This document shows positions 1 through 13,757 of a stretch of 64,000 nt of DNA, in pieces. Numbering within the stretch: position 1 is the stretch's first letter; each line of letters starts with the position of its first letter. The notes below the pieces were generated by a model. That model saw nothing but the letters and a program-made list of their open reading frames with translations. It was not told the origin of the DNA and did not search any database. The position numbers were made by a program, and so were the translations under genes. The stretch covers positions 17,174,001 through 17,238,000 of the forward strand of contig JBHGNT010000016.1 in NCBI GenBank assembly GCA_043228905.1, in the 5' to 3' direction. Source of the DNA: Azolla caroliniana. Lineage: Eukaryota; Plantae; Polypodiophyta.

Positions 1-409
1 TGAGGGACTCGAGTAGATGCACAAGAACAGATGTGGGATAAGTGACACCTCTCGGAGACAGGAACAAAGGAATAGACATTGACACAACACCGAGAGAGAG
101 AATTGGATACAACAATACCAATAATATTTTATTAAACTAAGGCAAGAATACAATTGGAATCGGCTAGTGACAGAGCTTCGAGCTCAACAACACATGCACA
201 CACGCAAAACTGATGAGCCTCTAGTCGGGAGCACACGGGCTTCCTACGCGAGTAGAGGCCTCAACTTCCCTCATCGAATTCTTAGAATAGAAAACCAAAA
301 CTCAAAGCACAAACCGATAACGTCTCCTCCCCAAAACGATGGATCTCCAAAACAATTTCGACCCTCTCCTTTTGTACATAATCGAGAGTGATTATGTATA
401 GTGGAAGTG

Positions 410-490
<81 letters not shown>

Positions 491-773
491 AGAGAAATAG
501 AGAGAGCTCGATGTATGTAGAAAAGGCAAGTAAAAACTATATTAACAAGAAGCAGAATACAAGAATAACCAATAACCGTTACAAGAGAGGTGAAAGTGCA
601 GTTATATAGTCACCTTCCCACTATTCTCTTTCTACAACCACCACTTAACTAAAGAGAGGTGGAGTCTTAACTACACTGAATATGTGTCATAGAACTATAA
701 GATTCTATGACACATTAGTATAGTCGGTGGTGGGGTGTTCACACACTAGGGAAGTTGAGTTTGATTCTCAACA
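1..773 (-). mobile_element. Ty1/Copia-family LTR (left boundary not resolved)
   Basis: Ends in GTTGAGTTTGATTCTCAACA, the reverse complement of the TGTTGAGAATCAA terminus of Copia LTRs at 27543, 31207, 57401, 59722 and 62261. Shares the TGTGTCATAGAA...TTCTATGACACA hairpin with the 57401 and 61843 LTRs. Contains (GT)n(GA)n. Confidence 0.6.
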
Positions 774-949
774 ACCTACAATTATAGCATCCATGCTTCA
801 ACTAAGGTTTCCCCATGCTTTGCAAAATATGGATTTCACCCTAATTTCAACATTTCCATTATTGCAAATTTGGTCAATCCTTCGGCAGAGACACATGCCC
901 GCACTTTACACGATGTCCATCATGACATCTCCCTTGAGCTCCGTATTGT

Positions 950-1466
950 TGGCGACCAATAAAAAGATCAGGCTAACCGACATCGCTTGGCTGCGCCAAT
1001 GTTTGCAGTTGGCGACATGGTTTGGCTGTTACGTCGCCACATCGCCACCACACGTCCCTACGCAAAATTGGACTACAAAAACTAGGCCCCTTCTATATCA
1101 TTGAGCGAATCAACCACGTCGCCTTTCAGTTAGAACTTCCCCCAACATTCAGGATTCACAACGTTTTTCACGTTTCTCTCCTCGAACTCGACCATCCTTC
1201 TCGAATTCCGGGATGACAACTTCCTCCACCGCTACCCATGGAATTGTCGTCAAGGGAGGAGTACGAGGTTCACCAATCCTCGACTACCGCCTGCGTCGTC
1301 GACAACTTCAATATTTGGTCTTATGGAAAGGTTATCGGATTTCGGACGCCACATGGGAACCAATTACACATTTACAAAATGCTCCAGAGGCCATTCGAGT
1401 TTTTCATCAATGATACCCTCATAAGCCGACCATGGGTTTTGGGAGGCGGCCTTCAAGGGAGGATAA
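950..1466 (+). pseudogene. Ty3/Gypsy chromovirus relic: integrase C-terminus (GPF) + chromodomain + PPT
   Basis: Frameshifted peptides [35 protein letters not shown] and ILDYRLRRRQLQYLVLWKGYRISDATWEP. PPT AAGGGAGGATAA lies directly before TGTCA at 1467. Confidence 0.85.
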
Positions 1467-2147
1467 TGTCATAGACAAATAACGTCACGGTGGAATGTAG
1501 GGGTTGAAATCATGACCTCCTGGTCTTATTGAGCAACCTTACCAATTGAACTACATCTATTTGTATATCATTGTATAAGATTAAACTTCTTATGTTGTAG
1601 GTTCATCACTAGAACTTTCAAGAAACTTCTAGACAATGCATCTTCATGCATTCTCCAGAAGATTCCTAGCTTGCATACGTCCTCATGCATTTTCTAGAAT
1701 ATTCTTAGCTTTCATGCAAACCTCCTCATTCATGTATAAATATTTCGGTGCACCTTGATTCTAATCAAGGTGAACAACACCAGTTATAGAAACATAAATT
1801 CAATTCTTGTTCTCTTGTCTATATGCTATCTCTTTCTTGTTCTCTTGTCTATATGCTCTCTCTTAGTATTTAGCCTTGTCTACCCCATTGGTAAGTTGTT
1901 ACACTACAAGCCACTATGTCTTGGGTACCCAATTTTACTCACCTCTCTATTATATACTCCAAACATACCTCTTAATTCACTACATGCCATTGTGGAATGT
2001 AGGAGTTGAACCCATGATCACCTGCTCTCCATTGGGCAACCTTAACAACTAAGCTACATCCATCTAGGCTCACCTGGTCTCCATTGGGCAACCTTACCAA
2101 CTGAGCTACATCCATCTGGGCTCTCTCTCTCTCTCTACCTGTGTACA
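1467..2147 (+). mobile_element. 3' LTR of the chromovirus relic, containing tRNA-like modules (right end approximate)
   Basis: Starts TGTCATAGAC after the PPT and has TATAAA near 1735. Segment about 1872-2135 is homologous (inverted) to Copia LTR 30625-30840. Confidence 0.6.
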
Positions 2148-3640
2148 ATGGTAACATCAAGAACAAATCACAACCTCACGCTTACTCTACATTTACTACT
2201 TCCTCCACAAGATCCACACTTGCTTCCACAACAATCGACCAACTAATTACACACAATAGTCAACTAAACACAACAAGTGTTAACAAGTTCTATCAGAGTG
2301 ATCTTGGAACCAAGTAGCATCGGTATAACAAGAGGAAAAAATCTGAAGGAAAAGACCAAGTTGATAAATACTTCCAAAAAGAACAATGGCTTCGATATCC
2401 AGTACAAGTTGTGAAATAAAAAAGTTAGATAGCAAAAACTTTCCCTTATGGACGGAGATGATGCAAGATGTGCTGATCATCAAAAACCAAATGCAAGACA
2501 AAACTAGAATACTACATTGCAAATGTCAACTCTAAATGTTAATCTCAATATAAGGCAAGAATGCCTATTGTTCATATCCAACCTTATCTATTACCAATAT
2601 GAGTAGAGTAATGCTCGTAGAGCCCTCACACTACACACACTCAATCTCACAAGTTAGGTATCAAAGTTGCATCATGGCATCAAAATGTAACAAATTTGAA
2701 GGCATGTAAAGTACACAATTATGGCATGATACAAGATGAATGTCACTAGCTCTTCACATGCTTGACATATAGTGCAATTTGTTCAAGATATGCTTGACAT
2801 ATTAAGTGGGAGTGAGAAGTTAAGTGCCATACTTAAGACACCAACTAGAAGGTTGAGCTCATATGTGTATGCCTTATTCACACATAGAGACTTTGTGCTT
2901 CAATGTATGAATACCCCTTTTTAGGAAGGAGACACATATGAAGAACACATGTAGACTCTAGTTCCATAGGTCAAAATTGACCTCTTTATGGACGACATTT
3001 TTTTTTTCTAAACTCTATCTATCTATCTATCTATATATCAACTATACATATCCATAGGTGATCAAGCTTGTCAATTATACATATTAATTTCCCGTGCATA
3101 AATTTAGGTCAACAACCTACCAACATGGTACCTAATTTGCATTGAGATTATATTGAATGTTTACAAAAGACATCAAATTCCTATCCAAAGATGTCAAACA
3201 TTGCTTACGATCACCACATTGTGATAAAAAGGTTATCACTGTAATTTCCTTTGAAAGTACATCATAATGGTTAGCCCTCACAGAATATTCTCCATCCCGA
3301 GTTCAAAAATGTGTGAAAGTTTTGTGCTGTTTTTGTAGTTTGACTTTGATTCCACTACCTCATTAATTGATTTATAATATGCCACAAAGATACCATATAT
3401 CTTGAAAATTACAAGTTCTAGTTTGCAAATCTCTTGGTTAAGTAAGTTCCTTGAGAAGACCAATGCCTTTGGTCAATTCGCCATCTACAAAACCCAAGCG
3501 TGGCAAATATCAGTCAGTGCCTTTCAAGGTGAAAAATGTACAAGAAATACATCACCATTCTAGTAAATGACAAAGAATGCCCAAAAAGAGTGTGTGTTCA
3601 GTCATTAATATTCTGATATAGCCTTTCACAGAGCCAATGA

Positions 3641-3744
3641 GACCAACTAAAATTAAGTTAAACCATTCCAGCCGATCAGACCAACTAAAATTATGTTAAA
3701 CCATGCCAGCCGATCAGACCAACTAAAATTATGTTAAACCATGC
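3641..3744. repeat. 38-bp tandem repeat, about 2.7 copies
   Basis: GACCAACTAAAATTA(A/T)GTTAAACCAT(T/G)CCAGCCGATCA starts at 3641, 3679 and 3717, just downstream of the Mpv17-like stop codon. Confidence 0.9.
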
Positions 3745-3777
3745 AGGCAAGCACACGTATCTATCCCCCTCCCCTAT

Positions 3778-5352
3778 TCATAAGAAAAAGATGATGACCT
3801 TTTTAGAGCTTGCTGCATATGTTAGATAGATCGTCCACATGTATGCAAAAGAGTTGTTCACCAATGGCTGCGCTTTTTTTGAGAGACAAATTAGGTCGTG
3901 TTAAATGAGGACATTACTATAATCCTTTTTATAACATGCACATTAATTTGAAAATAGACTCTTCTTGATACTCTCCATTATAATTTTGTTCTATTATATG
4001 ACCAATTAAATGACTCTTAAAATTTCACAACCATGCAACCAAAGTTATACTCATACATCCATGTGGGAAGCCTTGACATAATATGTTTAAGCCTCGAATT
4101 TGCTTCTTGATCTCAATCTTATCAAGAGAAAATCTTACCAGTATAAAAAGCTTGTAGAGAAATAGTGACTCACCTGTAAGTGAACTGGCACATATCTGAA
4201 AGTTAAGAAGTCACAGACAGTCCAATACACAAATCCATTCTTTAAAGTTGGCATCAAGTCTCTTCTGAGACGTAATACGATCTCATGTGTGGTTTCACCT
4301 ATCCAGGATAAAACAAAACTCATTAGAAATTGGTTAAAATTTTATTGACATTCAGTTTCTTGAGCTCGATCAGTAAAATACCTTGCAAATAAGCATTGAA
4401 GGAAAAGAACAGTGTGTTAAAAACTGGTCCATACACAACCTGTCCAAGTGCCGTCTTCTTTAGTATGCTCATTAGGTCCTGGAATGGCAAGGTTTTGGAC
4501 ATGAGGGTAAACCATAAATGTAATGTCGTTCCCGATAGTAACAAACCAGCTGCAACCATTCGACACATTCTTCGAACATCCCAATGAACTACATCTTCAC
4601 CTGATAGAGCTATCTTGATTCCCTGGTAAATTGTTTAGTTTTTGAATATATATAGAAACAATCAGAACCAGTCACTGGAACTATAATAAAAATGTAATAA
4701 ACGAGAGATGAGTTGATGAATGCCAAGAGAAATGTCTTTCTTGAGTTTAAATATTATTTCTTAGAAATCATGGCAATGCAAGTTACTTCCATATAAATAG
4801 AGGTCTTAAACACTCCCCCTTTTCCATCTGGAGACATCAAGAAGTAGTTTGGAAGATTGGATGTATTATATTTGCCTTCATGATGCTGCAGGACATAAAC
4901 GAGACTTTTTGCAACATTTATAATGGGATGCATTTTCACTTGCATTTGCGATGCTTCTTCACTGCATGAGACTTTTTTTCAATTGACAGCTGTAGCCCAC
5001 AAATTGGGAGAAATCACAGAGCTCACGCTTGAAGTTTTTACACCAAATATGCTGTGAGAATTGCACTCAACCTTACATACTTGAGCATATCCAATTTATC
5101 TTCTCATTGGCACCATCACTTCCTTTTGGATTCGCTGTTGTGAAGATTATTTGTATGTGAGTGTTGCAAGATTCACATAAAGAAGAAGACCAGAAAATCT
5201 GCTTTCATACTCTTCAATGCAAAACAAGGTATCAAGGAATCAGAAACTGAGTCCCATCAATGCCATACATGCATGGTATGGAACCATGAGCAAGTTTGTG
5301 AGTCATAGGTGTCACATTCTACTCAAGCAGTAGGTCGTCTATTACACTAGAA

Positions 5353-5402
<50 letters not shown>

Positions 5403-5867
5403 TCGTCTACAGTGTCACAATTATGCAAGCTTTATATTTTAAATGTCTGGAGAAACAAAATCTGTCTATGTTTTTCTTACCTGGGATGTGGTGTCAGCTA
5501 GGAAGAAGATGATGGCGGCCGTGACACACTTGGTGATGATGGGATACTTTGCCAAGAACAACAAATACATTGAGACAAGAGGAGGGCCTTGGAATGGGTA
5601 GTATGTGGAGGAACCAGCATCTGAAATCGCTGCGGTAACTGAGGATGAAACAGCCTTCGGAAGTGAAGATGAAACAGGATAGGAAAACACAGGTTTAACG
5701 GAACATGAAATGGCATCCAAAATCGAAGAAGAAACAGTATAGGAAACAGCCCGTGGGATGTTAAGAACAGGGAATCTGCGCGGTGATGGAGGTAGCAGGA
5801 GTGTCTGGCAGCACAAAATCATATGCTGCCCTGCATTTGATGTCAGAGTTGGGTTTAGCATCATCAT
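3778..5867 (-). CDS. Mpv17/PMP22-family membrane protein (about 280 aa, 4 exons) with Ser-rich N-terminal extension
   Basis: Exons 5867-5481, 4622-4382, 4298-4174 and 3867-3778, all joined by GT-AG introns and in frame. Motifs YLLFLAKYPIITKCVTAAIIFFLADTTSQ, WDVRRMCRM, LHLWF, KTALGQVVYGP, YWTVCDFLTFRYVPVHLQPLVNNSFAYMWTIYLTY. Confidence 0.92.
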
Positions 5868-5882
5868 TCAATCAATCAATCA

Positions 5883-5918
<36 letters not shown>

Positions 5919-6247
5919 CTGTGATTGCTTCTACGGGAGAGGCATATCGAAATCAACACAAATCAAAGAGCTTCAGCTCCTCTTCCGTGAATAAAACCTG
6001 TTGCGATTTCAAGCAAAACAACCCTAATACATGTTCCATTTATTTCATTCTTTCTGAGTGGACTGTTTGAGCGAGCAAACATCTTCTTGTCATTTATCAG
6101 CAGTCTTTGCGTTTGTTAGGGTTTTTCATCGCTCTACTCCTCCGGAGGTTTAGAGGGATTCGCTGCAGTTAGTGGATATAAGCGGGTCATAGCCTGTAGG
6201 GAGAAAGACAAAGTATTCTATTTTTCATTATGATGCTGATACACACT

Positions 6248-6490
6248 TCGGTTTCAGCTTAACCGGTTTGTCCTATTCCAAACCAAACCGGTTAAGCTTT
6301 AACCGGATTGGGAGCTTTCAAACTTGAACCGAAGTGGCTCCTAAACCGGTTGAGGTTTAACCAGTTGACCAAACCAATTAAGCCTAAAACTGTTTGGGAA
6401 CGATTTAGCCCAAAACGGTTCAATTTGGCTTCAGCCATCCCAAACCGAGCTCAAACCGTTTCGGTTTAACGGCTCGGTTTGGGCTTGAGT
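6248..6490. repeat. Cluster of AAACCGG/CCGGTTT motifs, possible DNA-transposon subterminal remnant
   Basis: Many AAACCG/CGGTTT and palindromic AACCGGTT motifs in both orientations. No TIR or TSD resolved. Confidence 0.45.
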
Positions 6491-7184
6491 TGAGTTGATT
6501 CTTAGTTGAATCTATGGACCATAGTTTTAACACTATTGCCAGAATAGTTCGAATACTTTTTTCTTTTTTTTTTCCACAAAAACTATACTCCATTGGTATT
6601 AAAATTAACAATGCCAAAGGCAATATACAATTTGTACATAATAGTTCCTACTCCACAAGTGTCTATAAAAAGAGCAAATATAACCGATGACGTTTGGCAA
6701 GATAAGGCTAATTATGTCCATGAAAACTCTCTCAACCTTTGCCAACAAGACCCATTCTCAACCTATAAACAAATTCCTGTAGTCCAAGAGAATACATATC
6801 TTTACATATCTTGGTGGTAATCCTAGTCAACATATCTCGGTTGTCCACCCTGGCTAGTAGACTAAAAACTCCATATATGCCTTTGATTTTGCCAATACTG
6901 GAGTTGTTCACCATCACCTGACTGTCCACTAGGGTGATGCTATTTGACAAATGTTTTGTACACAACAGTTGAAGACACCAAAACTGTCCATGATGCACCT
7001 GATGCTTGGGTAAAACGTGATGGGTTGCCATGGATAGCCCCCATGTATCATCTCCCAAATCAAGACGACCACGAAAATTGAAATGTACTTGTAATAATCT
7101 CCCTATAAACAAGATGAACTATGTCCTCCACACCACACACCATCTGCTTCGATCCTCACACCATGTTCACTCTTAAGAATAGAG

Positions 7185-9130
7185 AAATTGCTTCATTCAG
7201 TCCACATCCACCATCTCGCCGCATACCACCAATGTCCTGTGCAATTAACAACAAAATAAGTGAAAAATGGTTCCTCATCCCCTCCTGATCTGCTTTGGTC
7301 CCCCCCCACCATCATCACTCCTAACAACAGACAAATTGCTTCATTCAATCCACATCCACCATCTCACTGAATACCACCAATGTCATGTGCAATTAACAAC
7401 AAAATAAGTGAAAAATGGTTCCTCATCCCCTCATGATCTGCTTCAGTTCCCCCCACTATCATCACTCCTAAAAACAGACAAATTGTTTCATTCAATCCAC
7501 ATCCACCATCTCGCCGAATACCACCAATGTTCTGTGCAATTAACAACAAAAAAAAGTGAAAAATGGCTCCTCATCCCCTCCTGATCTACTTCGGTCCCCC
7601 CCACCATCATCACTCCTAACAACAGACAAATTGCTTCATTCAATCCACATCCACCATCTCGCTGAATACCACCAATGTCCTATGCAATTAACAACAAAAT
7701 AAGTGAAAAATGGTTCCTCATCCCCTCATGATCTGCTTTGGTCCCCCCCCACCATCATCACTCCTAAAAACAAACAAATTGCTTCATTCCATCCACATCC
7801 ACCATCTTGCCGAATACCACCAATGTCCTGTGCAATTAACAACAAAATAAGTGAAAAATGGTTCCCCATCCCCTCATGATCTTCTTCAGCCCTCACACCA
7901 ACACCACTCATCCTCTCGCCGTGCCAAACATGCTTCAAATCCCATTGCCATCATCCCGCAACCTATGAGAACCATAATATCTTCTTAACTCAACCCATAT
8001 CCGGAGCATCTCGCTGACCCTATTCCATCTCACCAATTACCAAGATCCTGTAGTAACAACCAAAAATGAGTGAAACACAATTCCTCACCTTCTCATAATA
8101 ATCTACTTCAACCCCCACACCAACATCACTCATCTTGATCACAAAAACAGAAAACCAGCTTCGTCATGTCCCCATCTACCATCTCGCTATCTCCGATTCT
8201 CTCAGGATTCCCGCCTATTACTGCTACAATCCACTGAGGTCTTGTGCAAATAACAAAAAATAAGTGAAAAATGTTTTGTCCTCCGCTCATGATTTGTTGC
8301 AACCCTCACACCATCACCACTCATCCTCTTGTGATGACAAATATGCTTCAAACCCCATCGCCATCATCCCTCAACCTATTAGAACCATAACATCTTCATA
8401 AGTAAGCCTTGATCTAAAGCATCTCATTGACCTTCTTGCCATATCGTTGATTACCTCGAAAATCCTGTTACACTAACAACCAACAAATGAGTAGAAAAAA
8501 TCCTCACCTTCTCATAATAATTTGCAACAACCCCCACCAACATCAATAATCCTGATCACAAAAACAGAAAACCAATTTCCTCATGTCCACATCCACCATC
8601 TCGATGTCTCCAATTATCACAGGAATTCCGCCTCTTACCACTAAAATCCTTCTTATACTACTCTGCTTCAGCACCCACAACTGTTATTCTCTAGCCGGAC
8701 AAGGCCTAACACAAGGTGTCACGGAGACACTTCACCAAAGGGTGATTACGGCATAGGATTAAGATTCAACGATTACACCGACTTACATAGGTTACACGAT
8801 TAGAAGGCTTTGGTGAATTACACGCGTAAGATATAACAGTAATTACAGAACGGAAATCAAGACAGAAGTATAAACAACATAAGCTCTATTAATTATCCGT
8901 TGTCATTACAATGGGGTCCGGGCCTTTAAATAGGTTTCCGGCCCGTAGTACAAAACGGTGCCTCTCGCACCTATTCGGGATCCGTCCGGATCTGGAACGG
9001 CATACCGTTTCCAGTCCGTCCGTCCACACTATGCTCATTTACAACCATATCTAATTAATTCCTTCACTCCGTATTTTGGACTCCTTGCCGGCCGGTAACA
9101 ACAACATCATCCCACATCCTCATGTCTTCA
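7185..9130. repeat. 147-148 bp tandem array grading into a ~410-bp higher-order repeat
   Basis: Unit starts (AAATTG..TCATTCA.TCCACATCCACCATCT) at 7185, 7333, 7480, 7628 and 7776. Segment 7890-8300 is repeated at about 8303-8680. The array is split by a solo LTR. Confidence 0.88.
8682..9100 (-). mobile_element. Solo LTR, 419 bp
   Basis: TGTTA...TAACA termini and 5-bp TSD ACAAC (8677-8681 and 9101-9105). TATTTAAA on the minus strand. Confidence 0.85.
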
Positions 9131-9219
9131 TCCACCATATGGCTATGTTCACTTGTCATCACCACCTTATACATTAAAATAGCCTTCCTACATGCCGCAA
9201 CCGTCTCCTCCATGTTGTC

Positions 9220-11250
9220 TCATGTTGTTCGCAGTAAGAATGGTACCGATGGTAGGAACACCCAACGAGGTGGTACATAGTTCCACCTAACCTCAGTGCC
9301 TGCATCTAACATTATAGGAATAGCTGACCAAACTAGTCGTAATCTCCTTCTTTTTCGCATAGATGTGTTTCCAAAGCCCTTATAACTGTCATACTCACCT
9401 TTAACCGTATGTACTAATAAGTTCCAAAAAGACTTTACCTGATCCACAACGTGATTGTCTTCATCATTGTATAACTTGGAACACCTAACTTTCCAAAGAA
9501 CCCATAGAGATAACGAGGAGACAATCTGCCAAACATAACTCCGTGAGAAGAACTTGATTCCCTGCAAGGAGCTTGAAGTAGAATATACCTGGAAACTTCT
9601 TACATGTAAAGACAAGGAAGAATGATTATAATGATAAAAAGCCCTGTGTTGATCCAACATTCCCCAAAAGACTGCACCCCATGTAAAAATAGCAGATCTA
9701 TACTTACGACCTAGAAGCCTAAGAATTCGACACCAAAAACTTTTTGTGGAAACACATTCCCAAAATACATGATGCAATGTCTCATCCGTAAACCCGCACA
9801 TAATACATGACCGATTACTCACCAATCCCCTCAACAAATCACCTACTGGCAATGCATAATGAATCATCAACCACCGAAAATGTAATATCTTATTCATGCA
9901 TTTAATTGACCAAAACTGTTTCCAAAACATGACCATATGATCAGATGAAACATTACCTTCCTCCCAATACTTTTTTCCAGCAGGTATCGGCTCGATCTGC
10001 TTCAACATAAAATTCCTGCCAAACGCCACTGAATATTTGAAGAAAGGAAGGACCTTAGTCGAAGAGTCAGACATGGACAATTTCCAACCATAATCCGATG
10101 GATCCCACTACAGGTCATTAATTGGTTTAGAGTCTAACACAGAAATATGAGATGAGAAATTAGTGATTAGTGGACTAGGATCGATATATATATATTTTTA
10201 TCTAATCTAGCAATTACTCGCACTGGAAATTGCTTCACAACGGACATGATTGGAGACTCCTCATCCACTAGTATCAACCTACCATTGTCCAAAACTTCAT
10301 AAAAATAGAGGCTTCCATTTTGATGATATAACCGAGCTCCTATAAGTATATTGAGTGTCGAGGACATACCGTACCAACTCTGAAAATGATCAAATTGCAA
10401 TGTTGGCACTGTGACCTGATACACCGTGGACAATTGTGATAAAATGATCTGAGCCCCTCTTAAGTTAGATAACCTATTACTTTGATCCTGCATAGAGGAC
10501 TGCATAAACTTTATCCAATCCGCAACCGTACGAGCTGGTCCACTGTCCATTGCAGCCCATGATAACCTAGGGCGTAAACCCAAAACACATGCAGCTCATT
10601 AGTAAATAAAGGATTCCATATCAATGGTTGACGCATAAATTGATGATATTCGGTGGCAAGAAAACTAGTTCTTGCCGAAGAGTTTCCCATGCTCGAAAAA
10701 TTCCATTGAAGAAACGCAACGATCCATCATTGGACTTAGGTAGCTGAAAATCTACATTAAAGAACCATCTAAGACTATCCTTCCATTGACCACCTACTGA
10801 AGGCTTGACCTTATGTAAATGTTGCATCTAGAGCTTTTTCCATAACTCCTCTCCTGGCAATAAACTCCTAACAACATGTTTAGTAAGTAAAGCTTTGCTT
10901 TGCATAAATGGATCAATCAAACCTAAACCTCCTTTTTGTTTAGATTGTATCAGAACAGACCAAGCTACCTTTGCTACAAAATTGTCTGACCTATTGTTCC
11001 CCCAAATAAAATTTCGTACTAAACTTTGAACTTTCAACATTATTGACCTAGAAAACAACCATGTAGATGCTATATACCAAATTGAGGACAACAACACCAA
11101 ATTCGCTACAACTACCTGTCCAGCTAAGGATAATTTTTCTTTATTCCAATATACTAATTTATTTCTTAATCTTAACAATAAGGGCGCAATCATATCTTCT
11201 GTCTTTAATTCCACACCCACTCGACAATAGTTCAAATACTTCCATTAGTG
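9220..11250 (-). pseudogene. L1-clade LINE ORF2 3' relic (post-RT region and zf-RVT)
   Basis: Fragmented peptides LSLAGQVVVANLVLLSSIWY, VAWSVLIQSKQKGGLGL and CIMCGFTDETLHHVFWEC. Confidence 0.88.
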
Positions 11251-11501
11251 CTTTTTTAGGGAAAAGGAAGGAGATGGAACCATAACCACTATGGGAGATA
11301 TTTAGTACTAATATATACTACATCGGGAAGGCTAATTGCTCTCTCGTTTTTCACCAAGCTAGACCCTCACTAGTTGAATTGGTACGTCATATTTGGTTGG
11401 GCATGGCTGATACTTTAAAGGGACAATTGGGATTGTATTATTGGGGATTCTGAAGATAATGTTGCTTGGCATCATCAGTTTATTACATTGGAGAAAGTTG
11501 T

Positions 11502-12061
11502 TGTTAGGATTTCGGTCCCTTCGGATGGGATGATGAAGGCCCAGTGAGAACTGGATGTTGTAGGCCCGCTGAGGACCCCTCACCGAATGAAGGGACATAT
11601 ATGTAAATATGTTCCAAAGAGCCCACTGGGGCTATATTTGTAAATAGCCTGAAAGTCATATTAGTATAAATATGACCTAGGGCAAACTCATCGACAAGGC
11701 TGTTGTCATTATTTTGTATAGAGTTATCTGTGTAACTGTTGTACAAAGTGAGAGAGAGAGAGAGAGAGAGAGATACAGAGTGGGTCTCTGTTGTAATTGC
11801 AGTTAGGCAAAGATTGTGAGCAAGCGGTTGTTGCCTCTATGTTCACCTGTTGTATTCTTCTAGACATAGTGATAATTGGAGTTTGTGAACTCTCGTGGTT
11901 TTTTCCCATTTAGGGTTTTCCACGTAAACATACTTTGTACCCTCTCTCATATTGTCTGTGTGTACATATATTCATGTCTATTCCCATTCTCGATTTTGAT
12001 TCCAAATGACACGATCTGAGACTCGGTTGTGGCCGAGTAATATTCCGCATATTTCGTGTCA
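11502..12061 (+). mobile_element. 5' LTR of a Tnt1/Tork-like Copia element
   Basis: TGTTAGG...GTGTCA, followed by a degenerate tRNA-Met(i) PBS (TAGTATAAGAGCC) and gag. Its 3' half matches 26387-26709. Confidence 0.8.
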
Positions 12062-12091
12062 AACTAGTATAAGAGCCAAACGACATAGAAA

Positions 12092-13757
12092 ATGGAAGAA
12101 TCCTACGTCAGCATGTTCAAGCTCATCGGCTCCAACTACTCAGTGTGGAAGTTGAAGATGAGGGACATGCCCGTGGTGAAAGATCTTTGGTTGCCGGTTC
12201 AGTTCGGGGACAAGAGACCGGACAAGATCGACGCCATGGTGTGGGAGGTGATGCACATGAAGACGACGATATACATACGGTGCTTCATCGACATGAGCTT
12301 GTACAACAACTTCAATGAAGAGAGCAAGGCTCATGAGCTATCGGAGAAGATCGACATTATGTTTCAGAACAAAAATGTTGTTAATTGCGTTTTGGTATTC
12401 TGGAAGCTAGTGAGGCTCTGGTACCAAGATGGCTCCAGCATGGCGGAGCACATGAATGCCTTCCAGGGGCTGATTCACCAAGAAACATCATTGGAAGTAC
12501 CTCTCACCGATGAGGTACTAGCATTGCTCCTGCTCGGTTCCCTCCCAGATAGCTGGGAGACGTTAGTTGTCACTTTGGGCAACACCAGGTCGGAAGGAAA
12601 ACAGTTATCCCTAGCAAGAGTAAAGTCGAGCTTGCTAGATGAGGAGGTGTGTCGGAAAGACAAGGATACGATCTCCGATTCCAAAGCGCTCCTTACAGAA
12701 TCGAAATGCGGAAGACAAAGGAACAGGAGTTCCCAGAACCGGGAAAAGTTGGGGACATGGTCAAAGTCAAGGGGAAGGCCCACTTCCTTCTATTGTGGGA
12801 AGCCGGGGCACTTCTAGAAGAACTGTCGGCATTTCTGGAAAGACAAGGAAACAAACAGTACCGATTCGAAGCGGTCACCGGACCGGAACGACAAAGATCG
12901 GAGAGGACCGGACCGGAAGGGAATGACGACAATCGCGGAAAGTGAAGAAGAGTTGATGCTCATCACCGAGGAGAGTGAGTTGAACCTTGCCGGCAACGAG
13001 ACAACGTGGGTTGTTGATTCTGGAGCGTCGTTCCACCTGACCCTGAACCGGAAATGCTTCTCATCCTACACAACCGATGATCACGGCTGTGTACGGATGG
13101 GGAATGAAGGTACATGCCGAATTGTCGGCATAGGAGACGTGTGGCTGACAACACCAACCGGATGCAAGCTGCTGCTGAAGGATGTCCGACACATTCCGGA
13201 GGTTCATCTGAACCTGATATCAGCTGGTTGGCTAGATGATGAAGGCTACACGGGTAGCATCCGAAACGGTGTTATGAAGTTCAGCAAAGGGAGCCTGATT
13301 GTGGCTCGGGCCCAAAAGGTCAACACGTTGTACCTGATGAATGCCCGGGCGAAGTGAACGTGGCATCCGACACTGCCGGTGAGTTGTGGCACAAGAGACT
13401 GTGTCACATGAGCGAGAAGGGGATGAAGAGGTTTGCCGATGACAACCTCATTCCGGTGAAGAACGTGCATCTTGAGAGGTGCACCGACTGCTTGGCCGGT
13501 AAGCAAAACCGGACCTCCTTCCGATCAAGGCCACCAATGAGACGTAATGCACCACTGGAGTTGGGTGCATACTGATGTGTGTCAGGTAGACACGAAGTCA
13601 CATGCCAGAGTACAGTACTTTGTGACGTTCATAGATGATCATAGCCGGAAGCTGTGGGCCACACCACTAACGACGAAGGATTAGGTGTTATCCGTCTTCA
13701 AGGACCTCCATGCGAGAGTGGAAAGATAAACCAGCCGGAAGCTGAAAGAAGTTCGAG
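12092..13757 (+). pseudogene. Copia gag-protease-integrase relic, truncated within integrase
   Basis: Gag (UBN2-like, LLLLGSLPDSWETLV, degenerate zinc knuckle), protease WVVDSGASFHLT, LWHKRLCHMSEKG and integrase start YFVTFIDDHSRK. Contains stops and frameshifts. Confidence 0.9.

Noticed and set aside
210-260. CTGATGA followed by a GCCTCTA/TAGAGGC stem, resembling a hammerhead ribozyme
   Set aside because: There is no GAAA after the stem (it reads CTCAA) and no stems I/III were found.
2150-3600. Possible further exons or TE relics
   Set aside because: No motif could be recognised with confidence, so the region was left unannotated.
7185-7940. CRISPR-like array or 49-aa repeat protein
   Set aside because: There are no unique spacers and the context is eukaryotic. 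Most units are 148 bp with poly-C slippage, which breaks the frame.
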